A DNA stretch of 64,000 nucleotides. It comes from Vicugna vicugna (taxonomy: Eukaryota). The notes beneath the pieces were generated by a model that searched no databases, was not told the DNA's origin, and was given only the letters and a program-made list of their open reading frames with translations. The position numbers were made by a program, and so were the translations under genes. The DNA is taken from the NCBI GenBank assembly GCA_013265495.1, contig MU058384.1:5576792-5640791 (forward strand). Reading direction: 5' to 3'. Positions 11,452 through 24,868 of this stretch are shown one piece after another. Positions within the stretch are counted from its first letter, which is position 1; each line of letters starts with the position of its first letter.

Positions 11452-13699
11452 TACAGGTAGCCATGAATGATTAAAACTAAGCAGCCAGAGACTTGATCTT
11501 ACCAGTGCTCCCTGGGACCCAGTTCACTTAGCCCACCGAGATCACAAGAGCTATCAAAGATTTTGCTTGTTTAATCATTAGAATAAATACTAAGAAGTTA
11601 GTTAACCACGCTGTCATTAGGGGAACTTTCTCATCATTATTTCATAGGCAATCCACTGCAGAGCTTCAGGGCTGGAAGGGACCTGTGTACAGGTGTTGTA
11701 GTTTGGACTTTTCATCTTACGGATGAGAAAACTATGTGGTGAAATGACCCTCGGGGATTCAACCCAGGTTCTCACCCATCAGTGAGTGTATTCTGCTCCT
11801 GCTCTATGGAAACACCCATGTTTGCAAGAGGCTGAGCCCCTGAGTTCTATGGGATCTGCGGCTCTAATTTTCTGAGAGGTGGACGGGTGCCAGGGAAGCA
11901 GCTGGGCCTCTGCATTCCACCAGGCCTGCTGTTTCTGGGGACACACCCTGCAGCTGTCTTGCTGCTTCCGGTAACATACTATTTCACAGACAGCACTGAA
12001 GACAGCGAGGCAGGTGAACCAAACAGATGGTCTCCGATACACCTCACATCCTGCACTCCTCCAAGGGCAGTCTGAATCTCCACTCCCGCATTCTAAGGAG
12101 AAGCTGTCCAGGCATGGTATATACTGTGTGTTCCCATGCAAGCACGTGTACATTCATTTATTCACGAAACATTTATGATATGCTGAGCACGTGCTATGTG
12201 CCAGGTGCAGTGCTAGACCCTTTAGAGAGAATAAAAGCCATGAAGGACAGGGTGGCGTAAGTGACACCTTAAAAGTCCACACACAGAGTTAAAAATAAAT
12301 TCTATTTATTGCATCCATGTACATAAATAAGTCTTGAGGTTAGACTTAAAGACTTCAGAGTCACACAAAAATTATTGCCAGCCAAGTGAATTTTCACCAG
12401 CTTGTCTCATGTTTTCCAATCACAGTGATGTCACTGAAAGCATCTGGGAAGAATTTAGAAACCTGGCTTGGTGCCCCAGTGTGACTGTTCCCTAGCTGGG
12501 TGACCTGGGACCGACTCTCCAACCTCCCTGGTCAGTTGCTCTTCTTTTCGGCAAGGGTGACAGTGCTCATCTTCTAACTTGTCAGAGGACGAAGGTGGTA
12601 TCTGCGTGTAAGAGTGGCCAAAAAGAAAGTGACTTCCTCTCTGTGTCTCACTGTCTTTGCTCATAAATTTAGAATGATAGAATTGATGTCATGCAATTGC
12701 TGTGAAAACTGAGAAAATGACTCATTCGATATAAAATGCATTTTAGCTATTGTCTGAAGTGTCAGATGAACTATAAAATGCTAGATAAAAGTAAAATACT
12801 GTTAACTGTTAAAGTTAAGCTCAGTCAAAAGAAGACTATGGGGACCAGAATCATTCTAAGATGCCACCGGTCCAGTGCTATTTTGGAAGTTTAAATAGAT
12901 GACTCTGCTTTGGTTGTAACGTCATAGACCTCTTGAGATGAATGTGTTCCTTTTCAGAAACTCTCCTCTCATCTTCTCTTCCTTTTTAGATCACTCCTCA
13001 AAGCACCATTGCTTTAAGAACCCATTCTAGGTGTTTGTTAGTCCTGGGTGTATAAAGAAAAAGAAGATCAAATGACACCAAGGTTTTCCATCTTAATCTG
13101 TTTATTCTTCCTACGCTTTAAAGCAGTAAGAATTTTTCCCATCCTTAGAATGTCACATCCTCAAAATGCATTAGGGTAACATCAAGACAATTTGGAAACT
13201 GGAGAGGTAGCTGGGGGGAGGGGATGTAATTACCAATCAGAATTTGAAATTACAAAAAAGGAGATGCAATCGTGTTTTCTTTGGGTTTGAATCCACCATT
13301 GTATTTGGATGCTGAAGACTTCCTGCTTCAGTGACCATTGGAAATTGAGTGTTAAGCTATCTCTAGACCCGTTTTAATGGTTCAATTTAAGTCAAAAAAT
13401 CCACAGACTATTTTATTCATTCAAATATCCATTTTCAAAACAATCTGCTTTTGGTTAGCATTTATTCCATTTCTGTTTATACAATAGTTTGTATGTGGAG
13501 ATAAAACTTTTTATCTCATTTGGTGGAAGAAAATCAGCATGATTAAAATATTAGCATTTCTTAAATCCACACTTGTTTGGTCACTAGTAAGCAAGAGTGT
13601 ATAAAGAAGCATAGGAATTCAGCTTAAATTTGTTTGAAAAAAGTGACTACTGATACTTTTAAATGATTGGTTTTATGATTCTTGAAATACGAAAAAAGC

Positions 13700-13750
13700 A
13701 GGAGGAGAAGGAGGAAGAAAAGGAAGAGGAGGAGGAGAAGGAGGAGGAGA
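13700..13750. repeat. (GGA/GAA)n purine repeat
   Basis: Directly visible. Confidence 0.9.
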
Positions 13751-14484
13751 CTCTTGTTGCCAAGTATGGAAAGATGCAAATGAGAGTCAGCTGACAATTT
13801 TGTCTGCAGTAATCCTCATATGCACTTCTGTGCCGGCTGCATATTTAGAAGATAATTACCTTGGTCTTCACATTTTCTGGTGAACAGTGCTATTCTAACT
13901 TAGCTGTCCTGGAAACACCTGTGTCTGTTGTGCAATATTGATGAACTTGAGTTTGGAGCTGCTTGCCCTGTACCTCCCTTTATGAATAATAGGGAACTCA
14001 TAAATGATTAAAACAGGGCAACCAGAAACCTGATCTGGCCAGTCCTCCCTGGTATCAAATTCATTTATCAGTCCACCAAGGTCACTGACCTCAATTACTC
14101 AGAGCCTAGCTACTAAAATGATTAATCGGTCCATTCTCTTATTTCATTAATTTAATTTGAAGGAGAAAAGAAGTCAAAATATTTTCAATGAGTTGACTTG
14201 TAAGAAGTTGTTTTTAGCTTGCAGAAGCCTCTAAAATATGTATTAATAATAATGAGAAGCATTAAAGCATGCTACAACAGAGGTAAGAGTGAACACAGAA
14301 ACCGTAACTTTTAGTACACATCTTCACCTTAATTAACCTGTTATCCGAGGGTTAGTCCTCTCTCTACGATTCCCTATACTATTCTCACCTCGAATTCATA
14401 GGTATAGGAATTGAAAGAATACACTGGCAGATACGGACATCTAGTTGGATTTCTGTAAAATAAATATTAAAGGAATGTTTTGAT

Positions 14485-14606
14485 TTTTTCTTTTTATATA
14501 TCTTTATTTATTTATTCTTTCCCCCTTAAGGGAGGCACTGGGATCGAACCCAGGGCCTCATGCACACCAAGCATGCACTCTGCCACTGAGCTATACCCTC
14601 TCACCC
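14485..14606 (-). mobile_element. Camelid tRNA-Ala-derived SINE (Vic-1 type)
   Basis: ggaggcactgggatcgaacccagggcc...ccactgagctataccc with a T-rich tail on the left; TSD degenerate. Confidence 0.88.
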
Positions 14607-14880
14607 GCTAATGTATTTATTTTTGTAGTGAACAAGGAGAACCCTAACATTGCGTACAACATTGTTTCCCTCAAAACTTCAGGGCAAAGGTTATCCATTA
14701 TTAGAAGTTTTATGAAAATGATATTGCCTTCTTCACAGAGTAATAAACACAGAGGAAATAATAACAGCATACATATAAATTAATTTATTTTCACTGTAGA
14801 GACCAAACAATCAAAGGATCAATTCGTTCTGGACAGCATCATGTAATATTTTTCATATGGTTAAAGTAGATTGTACTTGG

Positions 14881-15470
14881 TAGTGTACTGGGAAATATTT
14901 AACAACTAGTTGGTGGGGTGGGAGCCCTGATTTGCAATGTGTGCTCATATCTATGGGGTAAATATACCTACCATGACTGAGGTCAAGCTTTCAAAGTAAA
15001 GCCACTGAACATGGAATTAGAAAGAAACGTGTTGTAATGCATCATAATTTAGTATTTTCTCCATACAGAATCTGGCTGAATTTAGTGAATGAAACACCAG
15101 AATGCCCAGTTAAATCTGAATTTCAGGTAATAACACATAATTATTTTAGTATAAATATTTCCATGCAGCATTTGGGATATACTCATACTAAGACTTTATT
15201 CATCATTTAACTAAAATTCCAGTTTAACTGGGCAACTTGGATTTTATCTGGCAATCCTAATACAGATACCATAAACATTATCTCAAGGCTATAAATAATG
15301 GTAAAATGTAATCAGTTTTGAGTATTTATTACCTTTCTTTTGAATATAATTTGAATTTTAAGTTTATATAATTTGATTTTTAATAATAACAGTGTTTGAC
15401 AACCGGCTCACAACATTCTTTAGAATTTAACAGTTGCATTTTGCAAGTTAGCGCTCGCGTACCTCTGATG
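14881..15470. mobile_element. MER63-like hAT DNA transposon interrupted by MER53
   Basis: tagtgtactgggaaatatttaacaac start; tgtttgacaaccggctcaca near the end. Confidence 0.65.
15070..15259. mobile_element. MER53 palindromic hAT MITE
   Basis: gcccagttaaatctgaatttcag ... aaattccagtttaactgggc ... attttatctggcaatccta; flanked by atacaga at 15063-15069 and 15260-15266. Confidence 0.85.
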
Positions 15471-18400
15471 CTATATTTAAATAGAATAGTTTTACAGCAG
15501 AGCGTCAGACTCTGAAAACACAATGATGTCACAAATTTTAAAGTGTATCTCAGCTCATAATATTATTATGATTTTAAAGTAGCTTCATTCAGTTTCAGAT
15601 GAAGTAAATTTCAGTGGAATTGTACTGTCCTAACCTCACATCACCCCTTAGCTCCCACTCCTGGGAGAACTTCTCTGTAGCAAGGAAGAACACATGTTTA
15701 GACTTCTTCCTTTCCATTTTTAGGGATTTGTGTGGTAGCCAGCCCTCTTTAGAACTGGGTGATTTTACTGAAAAAAGCTCTCACTTTAAAGCTTTTGCCA
15801 TTTCTGTGTGGGCTGAAGGGTGGAGACCTAGGGTGGGTGGTCCTTTTGTCCCCGTGTTTAACTGAGCACTTTGATCAGATGTTGGTAAGGCAAAGATAAG
15901 CCTGGAATTTTGTTTGGGGGAAAGGTGAAAAATCTGCACTGATTCACAAACAAATTAATGAGATTAGAAGTGTGTAGGTTTGCAGATAAAGAGAAAACAG
16001 GATTAAGATGAGCTCTAGAAAACTGGGTCCTGAAGAGTCCCAAACAACAGTTTATCTAATTTTTAAAAATAATAAAATTAAGATAACATAAAATAAAGCA
16101 TGTGTCCTTCACTTTAGCCAAACATTCCACTCAAAAGATTTTCTCTTTTTGACATTTAGGGCATTTCTATGTCATGGTAAAAACTTGCATTGTGAATTAT
16201 TACCCCACATATGTATGATTTTTTATTAGACTAAGTTTTATTTTAGTTTTTCTCCAAGTAAGGAATCTCTAGTACACATTCTATTTCATATTGTAAGTTC
16301 ATGTAAGATCTAGTTCAATTCTCAGTCAACGTTTCCCTAGTTACTTCAGTCATCCTGGGAGAACATAAAAATATATACCAAATGTAGCGTTAAAAACAGT
16401 ACTTCGTATTTTATATAAGAGCCTATACCTGACAAAGATATCTGCGTGAAAAGTAGCGAAGTTGTGTATCAATACCATGTCTGTAATCTAGTTCCTCTTC
16501 TTAATTTTCTCATTTCTTATATTACAAAATCTTATCACAAATATAAGAGCTACAAAACATATTTGAAGTCTTTTCTATTAATTTGAATAGTAACTCAGTA
16601 AAGTATTCTTATAGGTTCTTCATAGTTGTTTATAAACTTTATTTAGTTACCAAACTGAGTTTTGACTATACCAGAAATCTGTTATATTATTGGTAGCAAT
16701 TGAATTAAATAGAATCAAATTATTTTACTAGTATAACAGAGTCTTAAAAGCTTCTAACCACTTGATTGAATTGGTATCGATTAGCTCAAAGGTGCATCCT
16801 TTGTCAAACTCTATATTACCTATGACACTTAATAATGAAAATCAGTTCTCTTAGATTTTACCTTTGTAAAATGAAATTGAATTTATTTACATTTTTCTCA
16901 GTGAAATGGAAGTAAGATATACAAATCAAAGAGAGAAATGGTAAATTTTGTTCTAAATAGAAATGTAAAACGAATTCAAAACTTTAAATAAAATATTTCA
17001 TAGATAACATAGAAGAAACAAAATGGTAAAAAATGCAAGGGAAAGTGGAAAGAAGCAATTATATCTAGGTCTTTGTCTCATTGGTACATAACACAATATT
17101 AGTATTGTTGTTGTTTTTGTTATTTGTTCCCATTAAAAAGAAATGATGACATTCAGGACTTCTTCTATAACACAAGGCTGTTGTAGTTGGCACTGTTGTT
17201 ATTTTCTCTCATTAATTTTTACTTACACCTACACCTAAAGAAGTTGCAGCATGTCTGATCACCCGATAATGATGACCCAAGTAGTAAGTGGGGAGCCCAA
17301 GTTCACCAACCAGCTGCACGTCTTTGACAAGTCACCTTGCCTCTCTGGATCTCAGTTGTCTGCCCTGGAGAAAAGAAGATTGGAACATATATTCCCTAAG
17401 CTGCTTTTCTAAAATGATAAAAATCTGAACTCAAACATCGAAACAGAAGAGCAGATCCTTTAAATGACTCAACAAATTTTACCCAGTTAGGATGGTGAAT
17501 GATAAGACTTCAGCAGCCTTTTTTAGTTCTATTTCATTAGATAAAAGTCTCATTTTTTTTTCTTCAATCAAAACTTGATAAGAATTCAGAATGTTAATAA
17601 ATGTTAATTTAATGGAGTTGTTTGGGAGGAAGTTCCATATTTTGAAGAAACATATCACAGATTGATTTTAACACCAAAGTGATGATTTGTACTTACTCAC
17701 AAATGGTAGAGATTATATCCTTTGCCAATTTGATTTTAAAATAATATATCAACTGAAAAATCTACAAGGGGGCATGTAGTTTTTTAAAAATTCCTTCAGG
17801 GAGTATACTAGAAAAAAAAATTATAAAGACTGCTGCTCAAAACATTCTTACCTTGTTTAGTGCATTCCTCCTAATCCCAAGCATAATGCTAGGAACATGG
17901 TAAATCCTCAATAAATCATGAGGAAAAGTGCTGAGGAACAATGAAGACCTTGGAAAAATCTCCCAGAAGAGTAAATCCTTATTTATTCCTTGCCACCAAC
18001 TATGCAAGCTTCCTTTATACTACAAAAGAGAGGAGCCATTGTGATACTCTTAGAGTCCCTTAGGTTTGAAACAACACACTCTCCCACCACACCTTTCACC
18101 AATCCCACTTTAGAGAGGCGCTGTGGAGGAAGAGGGTCTTTGACTAAGCATGTCATCCAGTCCTTTAATCATGGTGTCCTCAAAGCTCTGTGTATTCAAC
18201 ACATGAAGGTTTAGAGGTGTAGAGCTTGGTCTATTTTTCCTCAGGCTGAAGGAAGAGAATATTCTCTGTGGAATAGATTGAAATGCTAAGTGAATGAGAA
18301 GCAGTTAGGAAAATAGTTGTCTTCGTCCTTGTGAATTTACATGGATGTATTCCAAGAGTCCACAAATTCCAGAGAAATCTTTTAATGTTAGTGTGTTTGT

Positions 18401-18639
18401 ACAAATATAATCTAAAAAGTATATGTTACCAGTTATGTTGATAGGTTTTCTGCTACAGTGAACTAGCAATTGAAAGCAATTTTCAAGAAATAAGGTGTTT
18501 GTTTCTTAAACCTGTAGTTTTCCAGCTGTAAATTCTCTAGAATTTGAGACACAGAGAGGAAGTCATTTGCTTTTCAGCCACTCTTACACACAGATACCGT
18601 CTTAGTCCTCTGACAATTTATAAAGATGGATGTGCAAGG

Positions 18640-19280
18640 ATAGACACTGCAAAAAAAAAAAATAGGGGGAAAAACTCAACAATAGAATATTGGATATATA
18701 TAAAAGAACTTGTATAGATATTATAATACACAACTGTTTAAAATAATAAGATAGAACTATATTAAAATCAAAATATTTTAAAGTAAATAAGCAATTTGCA
18801 AAGAAGTGTGTATCACACAGCTCTATTTTTGTTGCTAATAAACATATATACAAACACAGAAATCCATGTGTAGAGAAAAACTTGAAAGAACACATACCAA
18901 ACTATCCATTATGCTTACATTTGATTAAAGAACTTGGAGTGAGCTTGGGAGAAACTACAGCTTTGATATGTCCTCACATATAAATTTTTACTATGAACAA
19001 GTATTGTTCTTGTAACTTAGAAAACCAACAATCACTCACAAAAAAACATAATGAAGTTAAAAATATAATTATTAGAAAGAAGGGATACATTTATTATTCT
19101 TTGTAGATTATTTTTAACTAGAAAAACCCAAAAGATTAGTTGAAAACGGTTATAATTAATAAAAAGAGTTTAAGAAAATGACTGTTGAAAAGATACATAT
19201 TCCTCTAAAATATCTTATCCATATCTCAACCATAGCCAGCTAAAAAGTATAATGGACAAAACATAAGTGAACAAGAATAA
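18640..19280 (+). mobile_element. Old L1 fragments (3' UTR and ORF2-like pieces)
   Basis: A-rich, with L1-like motifs (tagaaaaacccaaaaga, aataaaaagagtttaagaaaatg). Confidence 0.55.
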
Positions 19281-19299
19281 TATTTCTGACTTTCTTTTT

Positions 19300-19775
19300 C
19301 CAGTTTCCATTCCATATTTTTTTTGCCCCCATTCAGAACCTCATCCAAGTTTCTTTACCCAGTGGAATGATTCAAATTTCATTCCTAAAGTGTCTGAATC
19401 CTCTGTGGTCCTGACGTGTCTGGATGCTGTAACTTTCCATTAACTTTACTTTTGGATATGAAAGTCCTGAAAGGCCGCCCAGAGAACCCCCTGGCTTCCA
19501 CATGTAGGCCTCTAATTGTTTAGCAACCCAGTTTCCTCTTGGTAATTAAGATGAATCATCTTCACCATTGGACTAACCTCCTTCTTTCCCTCCTGGTTCA
19601 GTGGCATGAAGATTCCAAATTAGCCAGGTGGCAGTCTCCTCCTCCAATTCAACAGAACTATTAGTGTATTCCTGGTGGAGTATCCTACCCTTGGGAAGTG
19701 AGACCTCCAAACCAGCAGATCTCATAAGTGTAGGGACAGGAAACAAAAATTCTGCAAGAAGATTTGAAGCTGAGA
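19300..19775 (-). mobile_element. ERV-L internal fragment (integrase C-terminal / dUTPase region), degenerate
   Basis: Minus-strand translation across frameshifts gives LAEFLFPVPTLMRSAGLEVSLPKG, RLPPG*FGIFMPLNQEGKKEV...NYQEETGLL and VKVNGKLQHP. These match recalled ERV-L motifs LAKFLLPVP...SAGLEVLVPEGG, RLPPGHFGLL...DYQDEISLL and VIKVNGKLQQP. Confidence 0.85.
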
Positions 19776-19799
19776 AACAGTAACCTAATAACTGGCACA

Positions 19800-20990
19800 A
19801 GTGTTAAATGAACAAATATAATAAAAGATATATATACATCTTAAATAGTAGAGAAAAAATTACAAGCATGAAATGAGATCAGGATACTATAAAAAAGGGG
19901 AGTACTCAAAGAATCCTCAGAAAAGAGAGCTTAGAAATTTAGAATATAACATCAGAATTTTTAAATTGAGTATAAGAGGATGAAAATAAAGCTACAGGAA
20001 TGCCACAGAAATTTTAAAAAATAAATGAAAAGATAGAAAATAAAAGGGAAAAGGTATGGAAATTGGAGAACCAGTCCAAAACGTTTATTATCCAGTTGAT
20101 AAGATTCCAGAAAAAGTGAGAAAGAAACAAAGAAAAATATTTAGCAAAAATTGGGAAAATTTTCCAGAATTAAAGAATGTGAGTTTCTTAATAAAAATGC
20201 CCCACTAGATGCCCATAACAGTAGATTGAAAATAGACCCACACCAAGCAAGTTTCATTGTATGGTTATATTACACTTGGAACAGAGAAAAGATCTTATGA
20301 GCTTCCAGAGGGAGACAAAAAAACTCACACGCAAAGGATCAGATTAAAGGAGCCGACAAGCAACACTAGAAGTTGAAAGGAACTGGAGAAACATCTTCAA
20401 GATAGTGAAGGAGAATTATTTCAATCCAGAATTATGTGCCCAGCCAAATCATCACTTAGGTGTGAGAATAAAACAAAGATATTTTCAGGCATATAAGGTT
20501 TCAAAATTTAGCTTCCATGCACCTACTTCTGGAAACTTCTGGTAGTTGTGCTTCATCAAACCAAGGAACTAAATCAACAAAAAAAGAAATGGGATCCAAT
20601 AAAACACAGAGATGATAAAAATCCTCAGGATTGTGGTATAGGAAGATCTCAGGATGACAGCTGTAACAGCAAGTAGACATGACAACCAATCTATATTGGA
20701 ACAGTTAAGAATGCTCTAGAAGAGACTTTTTCATTAAAATAAAATTGATAGATGATTTGATATGCCTCAATCACTTGAGAGATAACAATGACAGAGAGTT
20801 GTGGTTGAATTAACAATTAGTACATGGTAAATTAAGCAAATAAAAAAATAAGACATTTATTAACTTGAAGGGAGCAGAAAGTAATACAGGAAAGGAAAAT
20901 CAGTAATACTCAAACCATAGCTTTCAGAAGATAAAATTATACATAGCAGATTAAAAAGTATTGAGAAGATACAATAATAAGGCATTTTAT
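19800..20990 (+). mobile_element. HAL1 / ancient L1 ORF1-region fragment
   Basis: Degenerate ORF1-like motifs (gattccagaaaaag, gaaaattttccagaatt, tttcaatccagaattatgtgcccagccaaa, aaagatattttcaggcat). Confidence 0.7.
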
Positions 20991-21154
20991 TACATAAGGA
21001 AAATATGATTAATTTAGATCTTTACATCTAATAAAAAAGGCAGATGGTAGAATGTGATTCCAGAATAATTTTCTCATTCAAGTAGTTAAACCAGTGGACA
21101 TTCCTTCAGGGCTCTTAATCATAACTAATTCCTGATCAAGGTGAAAAAGATCAC

Positions 21155-21245
21155 GGGAGGGTATAGTTCAGTAGAAGAGTGCATGATTAGCATGCACAAG
21201 GTCTTAAGTTCAATCCCCAGCACCTCCACTTAAAAAAAAAAAAAG
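21155..21245 (+). mobile_element. Camelid tRNA-Ala-derived SINE (short-tail form)
   Basis: tRNA-like head followed directly by poly(A); TSD aaagatcac at 21146-21154 and 21246-21254. Confidence 0.9.
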
Positions 21246-21273
21246 AAAGATCACAGATGGAACTCCTAGTGGA

Positions 21274-21720
21274 TGTATCAGTCAGGGCCCCAACAGAAAG
21301 CCCGTGACATAATCCACGAGGGTTTAGTGAAGGGATTATTTATAAGGTAAGGCCGCTGTGGGAAAACCAGGAAGAAGAGCGAAGTATTCGAGGGTAGAAA
21401 CTATTGTTATAAAGAAACAAGAGGAGGGAGCTGACCCCAGTGGAAGTGAGTACGGAAAGAATCACCCTGAGAGGAGCCATGACTTTGGACTTTGGTGGAG
21501 ATCATGCAGCCAGCCCAAAGCAACTGTGCGGTGAGGAAGCAGGGAAATACAGGGCCTGACCTCACTCTGCTCCTGCCCTCTGCCCTGCTACAGGGGCTGC
21601 CCATTGGACAGACCCAACCAGAAACCAGAAGACAAGGGAGCCTGTTAAAGTAATCTGCACAGGTCTGCCTCTGGGGGTGACAGCAAGGGGGAAGAGTGGA
21701 AATGGGCGACACCCGGCACA
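21274..21720 (-). mobile_element. ERVL-class LTR
   Basis: TG...CA termini (tgtatcagtcaggg ... ggcaca); internal motif cccattggacagacccaaccagaaaccagaagacaagggagcc shared with the copy at ~470-889. Confidence 0.7.
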
Positions 21721-21843
21721 GTGAACATGGCACACGCTCTCCTGTATACCCCACTCTGCTAATTACCACGTTGAGAAAATATCTCATCACTATGGAAAAT
21801 TATCCACTTTAGTTTGCTTCAGCTATGATAAGGCCAAAAAAAT

Positions 21844-21885
21844 TAATATTAATAATAATAATAGTAATAATAATAATAATAATAA
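21844..21885. repeat. (TAA)n microsatellite
   Basis: Directly visible. Confidence 0.95.
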
Positions 21886-22719
21886 AAGCAAACTTTCTCA
21901 ACAAACACTTCAGGAAAGCATTCTTTACGCACATTCTGATCCATTTGAAAAAATCAAGAAAAATATTTATGAAGATAATTAATTCATTGCATTTTGGATA
22001 TGACTATAGGCAGAGAGGATAACACAGCACAGGGAAGGACCATAGACAAAGGAAGTTTTTGACATGCATTCGAAGGCCCAGTATTAGTATCATTTGGATA
22101 AGGGGTGGTTATTTGATTTGCTTTTGCAATTGGATCGTATGGATGGAAGAAACACTCAGCGTACGGGGCAGGTGATGAGTACAACATAACCTGCTTTGCT
22201 ATTTCCTCACTCTGAAACACAATGGGAATCTGATCCTAGCTTTGCAAATACATCTTCACCCAGAAGTAGGTTACCATAACAAGATATTCTTCAACAAGTA
22301 CTTTTATCGATCACACACTCAGTGCTGGGAACCATTCTAGGGGCTACCGGCTATAAGATAGACATTGTCTCTGTCTGATGAAAGCTTTGTTCAGACAAAT
22401 CTGGTGCAGACCAGTATATTCACATAAAAGATAGAAGATGAATAAGATATGAATAGAGATGCTCTAGTTCAATTAGGTATAGGGAGCCTGGAGCCCCCTT
22501 CCTCCTGTCCTTTGGAACACAGTACACTAGTAGGAAACCACTGTCCTTATCAACCTCCCACCTATTATTATTCCGAGGTCAGGGGATAACCATATCTACA
22601 GGAAGGATTAATTCCAGTGAAGCCCAGAGAGATGTTTGCCCATAATCCTTATTTAAAACTTTTAGAGAATTACTTATATTATTAAGTTTTGGAATATTCT
22701 AGCTATATCATCCATCCAC

Positions 22720-23510
22720 CCATTCAATAAATGAGTGGCTTCTGTATGTAAAGCACTAAGGTTACTGTGTGAAGAGTTTTTACCTAGAAGATAGGCTTTT
22801 AACACCTAATTACACAATCAATTATTTAATTACAGTTGTGATGAGCGCTATGGAGAGAAAGTACAGGATGCTTTGGAAGTGTGGGGGCTGTGAAGACTTC
22901 CTTGAGGAGTTGACATTCATGCAGATTACTGGTTGATTAGTAGGAATTAATTAGTCCAGGGATTACAAACTCATATTCCTTCGGGGTGGCAAGCAGGTAA
23001 CACCAGTGTGTGCATCTGGCAGGGGTGAGTGAGACTGAAAGAAATAGGAAGGCCCTAGGCAGACTGGAGGAAGTCTACCGGCCTTATGGCTGGCATTCAA
23101 ATTCAAGCTTGGAAAATCTCTGGGCTGGCTAAACAAAAGAGGTCTGCCGCCAAAGACAGCAGAAGGGCTGGCACACTGCTTCTGTTTTGTGATTTGGGCA
23201 GAAGGAAGAGCAGGAGCAAGGGCCCTGAGGCAGGAGGAGCCATCTGTTTTGATAAACTGAGAGACAGTAACTGTGATGGATGAAGGAGAGAGTGGCTTCA
23301 CCCTGCAGGGGAGGGGAGAAGGGCCACATCACTCGAGTCCTCATCGGCAGGAGAGGGCTTTGGTCTTTACCCTGTATATCCTTGGATGCACCAAAGAGTT
23401 TTAAGTGGAGAAGGGAATCAATTAGACTTGTATTTTTAAAAGCTCACCGGGCAACAACGTAGGAAAGGATGGGAAGTAGCAGTTAGAAAGCTGTTGGTGT
23501 AGTTCCCCAT
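22720..23510 (-). mobile_element. L2 fragments
   Basis: cattcaataaat 3' terminus; gcaaggggccctgaggcagga-like and agttagaaagctgttg motifs. Confidence 0.6.
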
Positions 23511-24739
23511 CTTTCCTTTAGTTTTCATCTGCATCATTGAAATAACTGTGTTTGTCTTCACGCAGTCTTACTTCTGTAATCCTCACTCTAGATGACCGAG
23601 CTGGACTCCTCCTTCTGACTCAATTCTGACTCTGACAAAGAAATGACAGGTATCTGTGCCCTGGAGTAGACTCCTCATTCTGGTGGCTGATATGGCCTTT
23701 GGTTCACTTACTGAAACCAATATGGGTAAGACAGTCAAGCCTCCAGAAATTCACATGACTGGGGAGAGACACTTAAGCCAGTAAACATTAAGCACTGTGG
23801 TGCCAGCTGTGCTCATGTAAATCCGAAGTATCATGGGAGCCTGAGAACATGCACTTTACCTGCCAGAGGTGGAAAATCAGGTGAGGCTTCACCTGCACAC
23901 CTAAAAACTGTTGATGGATTTATGGTTTGGCTTAGTGTTTTAAAACCAATTCTTTAGAGAATATCTCATGCAGATTTTGTCAACTAACAGACATAGATAT
24001 ATGTGATTATCTTATTCGCGTGTATAAATAACTCACATTGTTTGTTTGTCCACTTTCTTGGTGACATCATTCTTGGTTCTTAAAGAATCAAGGAAAAGGG
24101 AAGTGCTATGAGTCAGCAGGTCTCCGTAATGTTTATTTAAAGGTGAAAACTTGAAGCTGAGAAAAAAATTGAGTAAGCCAGACACATTTGCTTCCCCTTT
24201 TTAAAAAAATGGAAATGACAAGCTCTTGCAACTTTCATACTCAGCCCGACATGATGTATTTGTGTTTTTGTTGCTATTGTACAAGACAAATTGAGTGAGC
24301 CTTCTGATGTTAAAATTAATTCACTTTTTTCCCAACTTGTTTATTCACTGGTATTTTGAGGCTCAAAATTAATCTCTTCCCTCTTTTTCTTCCCTTACGA
24401 CTTTGTATAAAACATGCTCATAGGACATTAATGCTACAAATAAAACACTGGGATTAAACGTCATTTCCTTGATGAAAATTATCTTCCTTGAAGTAGGAAT
24501 CATTCGGTTTTACGATGTCTCTAAATCTAGATTCAAAACTCTCTAGGCTTGTAATATTTTATAGCTATTTTGTCCTTGGATAATTGACACAAAATCTTGT
24601 GGTGTTGGAAAATCAGCTTTTATGCTGAGACCATTTGTTTCTGCTCATGTTCAAGGAAAGGGCTCTATGCTACAACCTCTAGGGAGGAGGGAGATTTCCA
24701 GTGGTCTGAATAGTGAACTGAAGACATGGAACTTTCTTT

Positions 24740-24868
24740 CTTTTAGACTGTTTTTGGGGGGGGAGGGAGTAATTAGGTTTATTTACTTTTTAATGGAGAT
24801 ACTGTGGATTGAACCAAGGACTTCATGCATGCTAAGCACGCACTGTGCCACTGAGCTATACCCTTCCT
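24740..24868 (-). mobile_element. Camelid tRNA-Ala-derived SINE (Vic-1 type)
   Basis: Reverse-complement head; 17-bp TSD gacatggaactttcttt (24723-24739) / gacacggaactttcttt (24869-24885), differing by one CpG-type transition. Confidence 0.92.
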
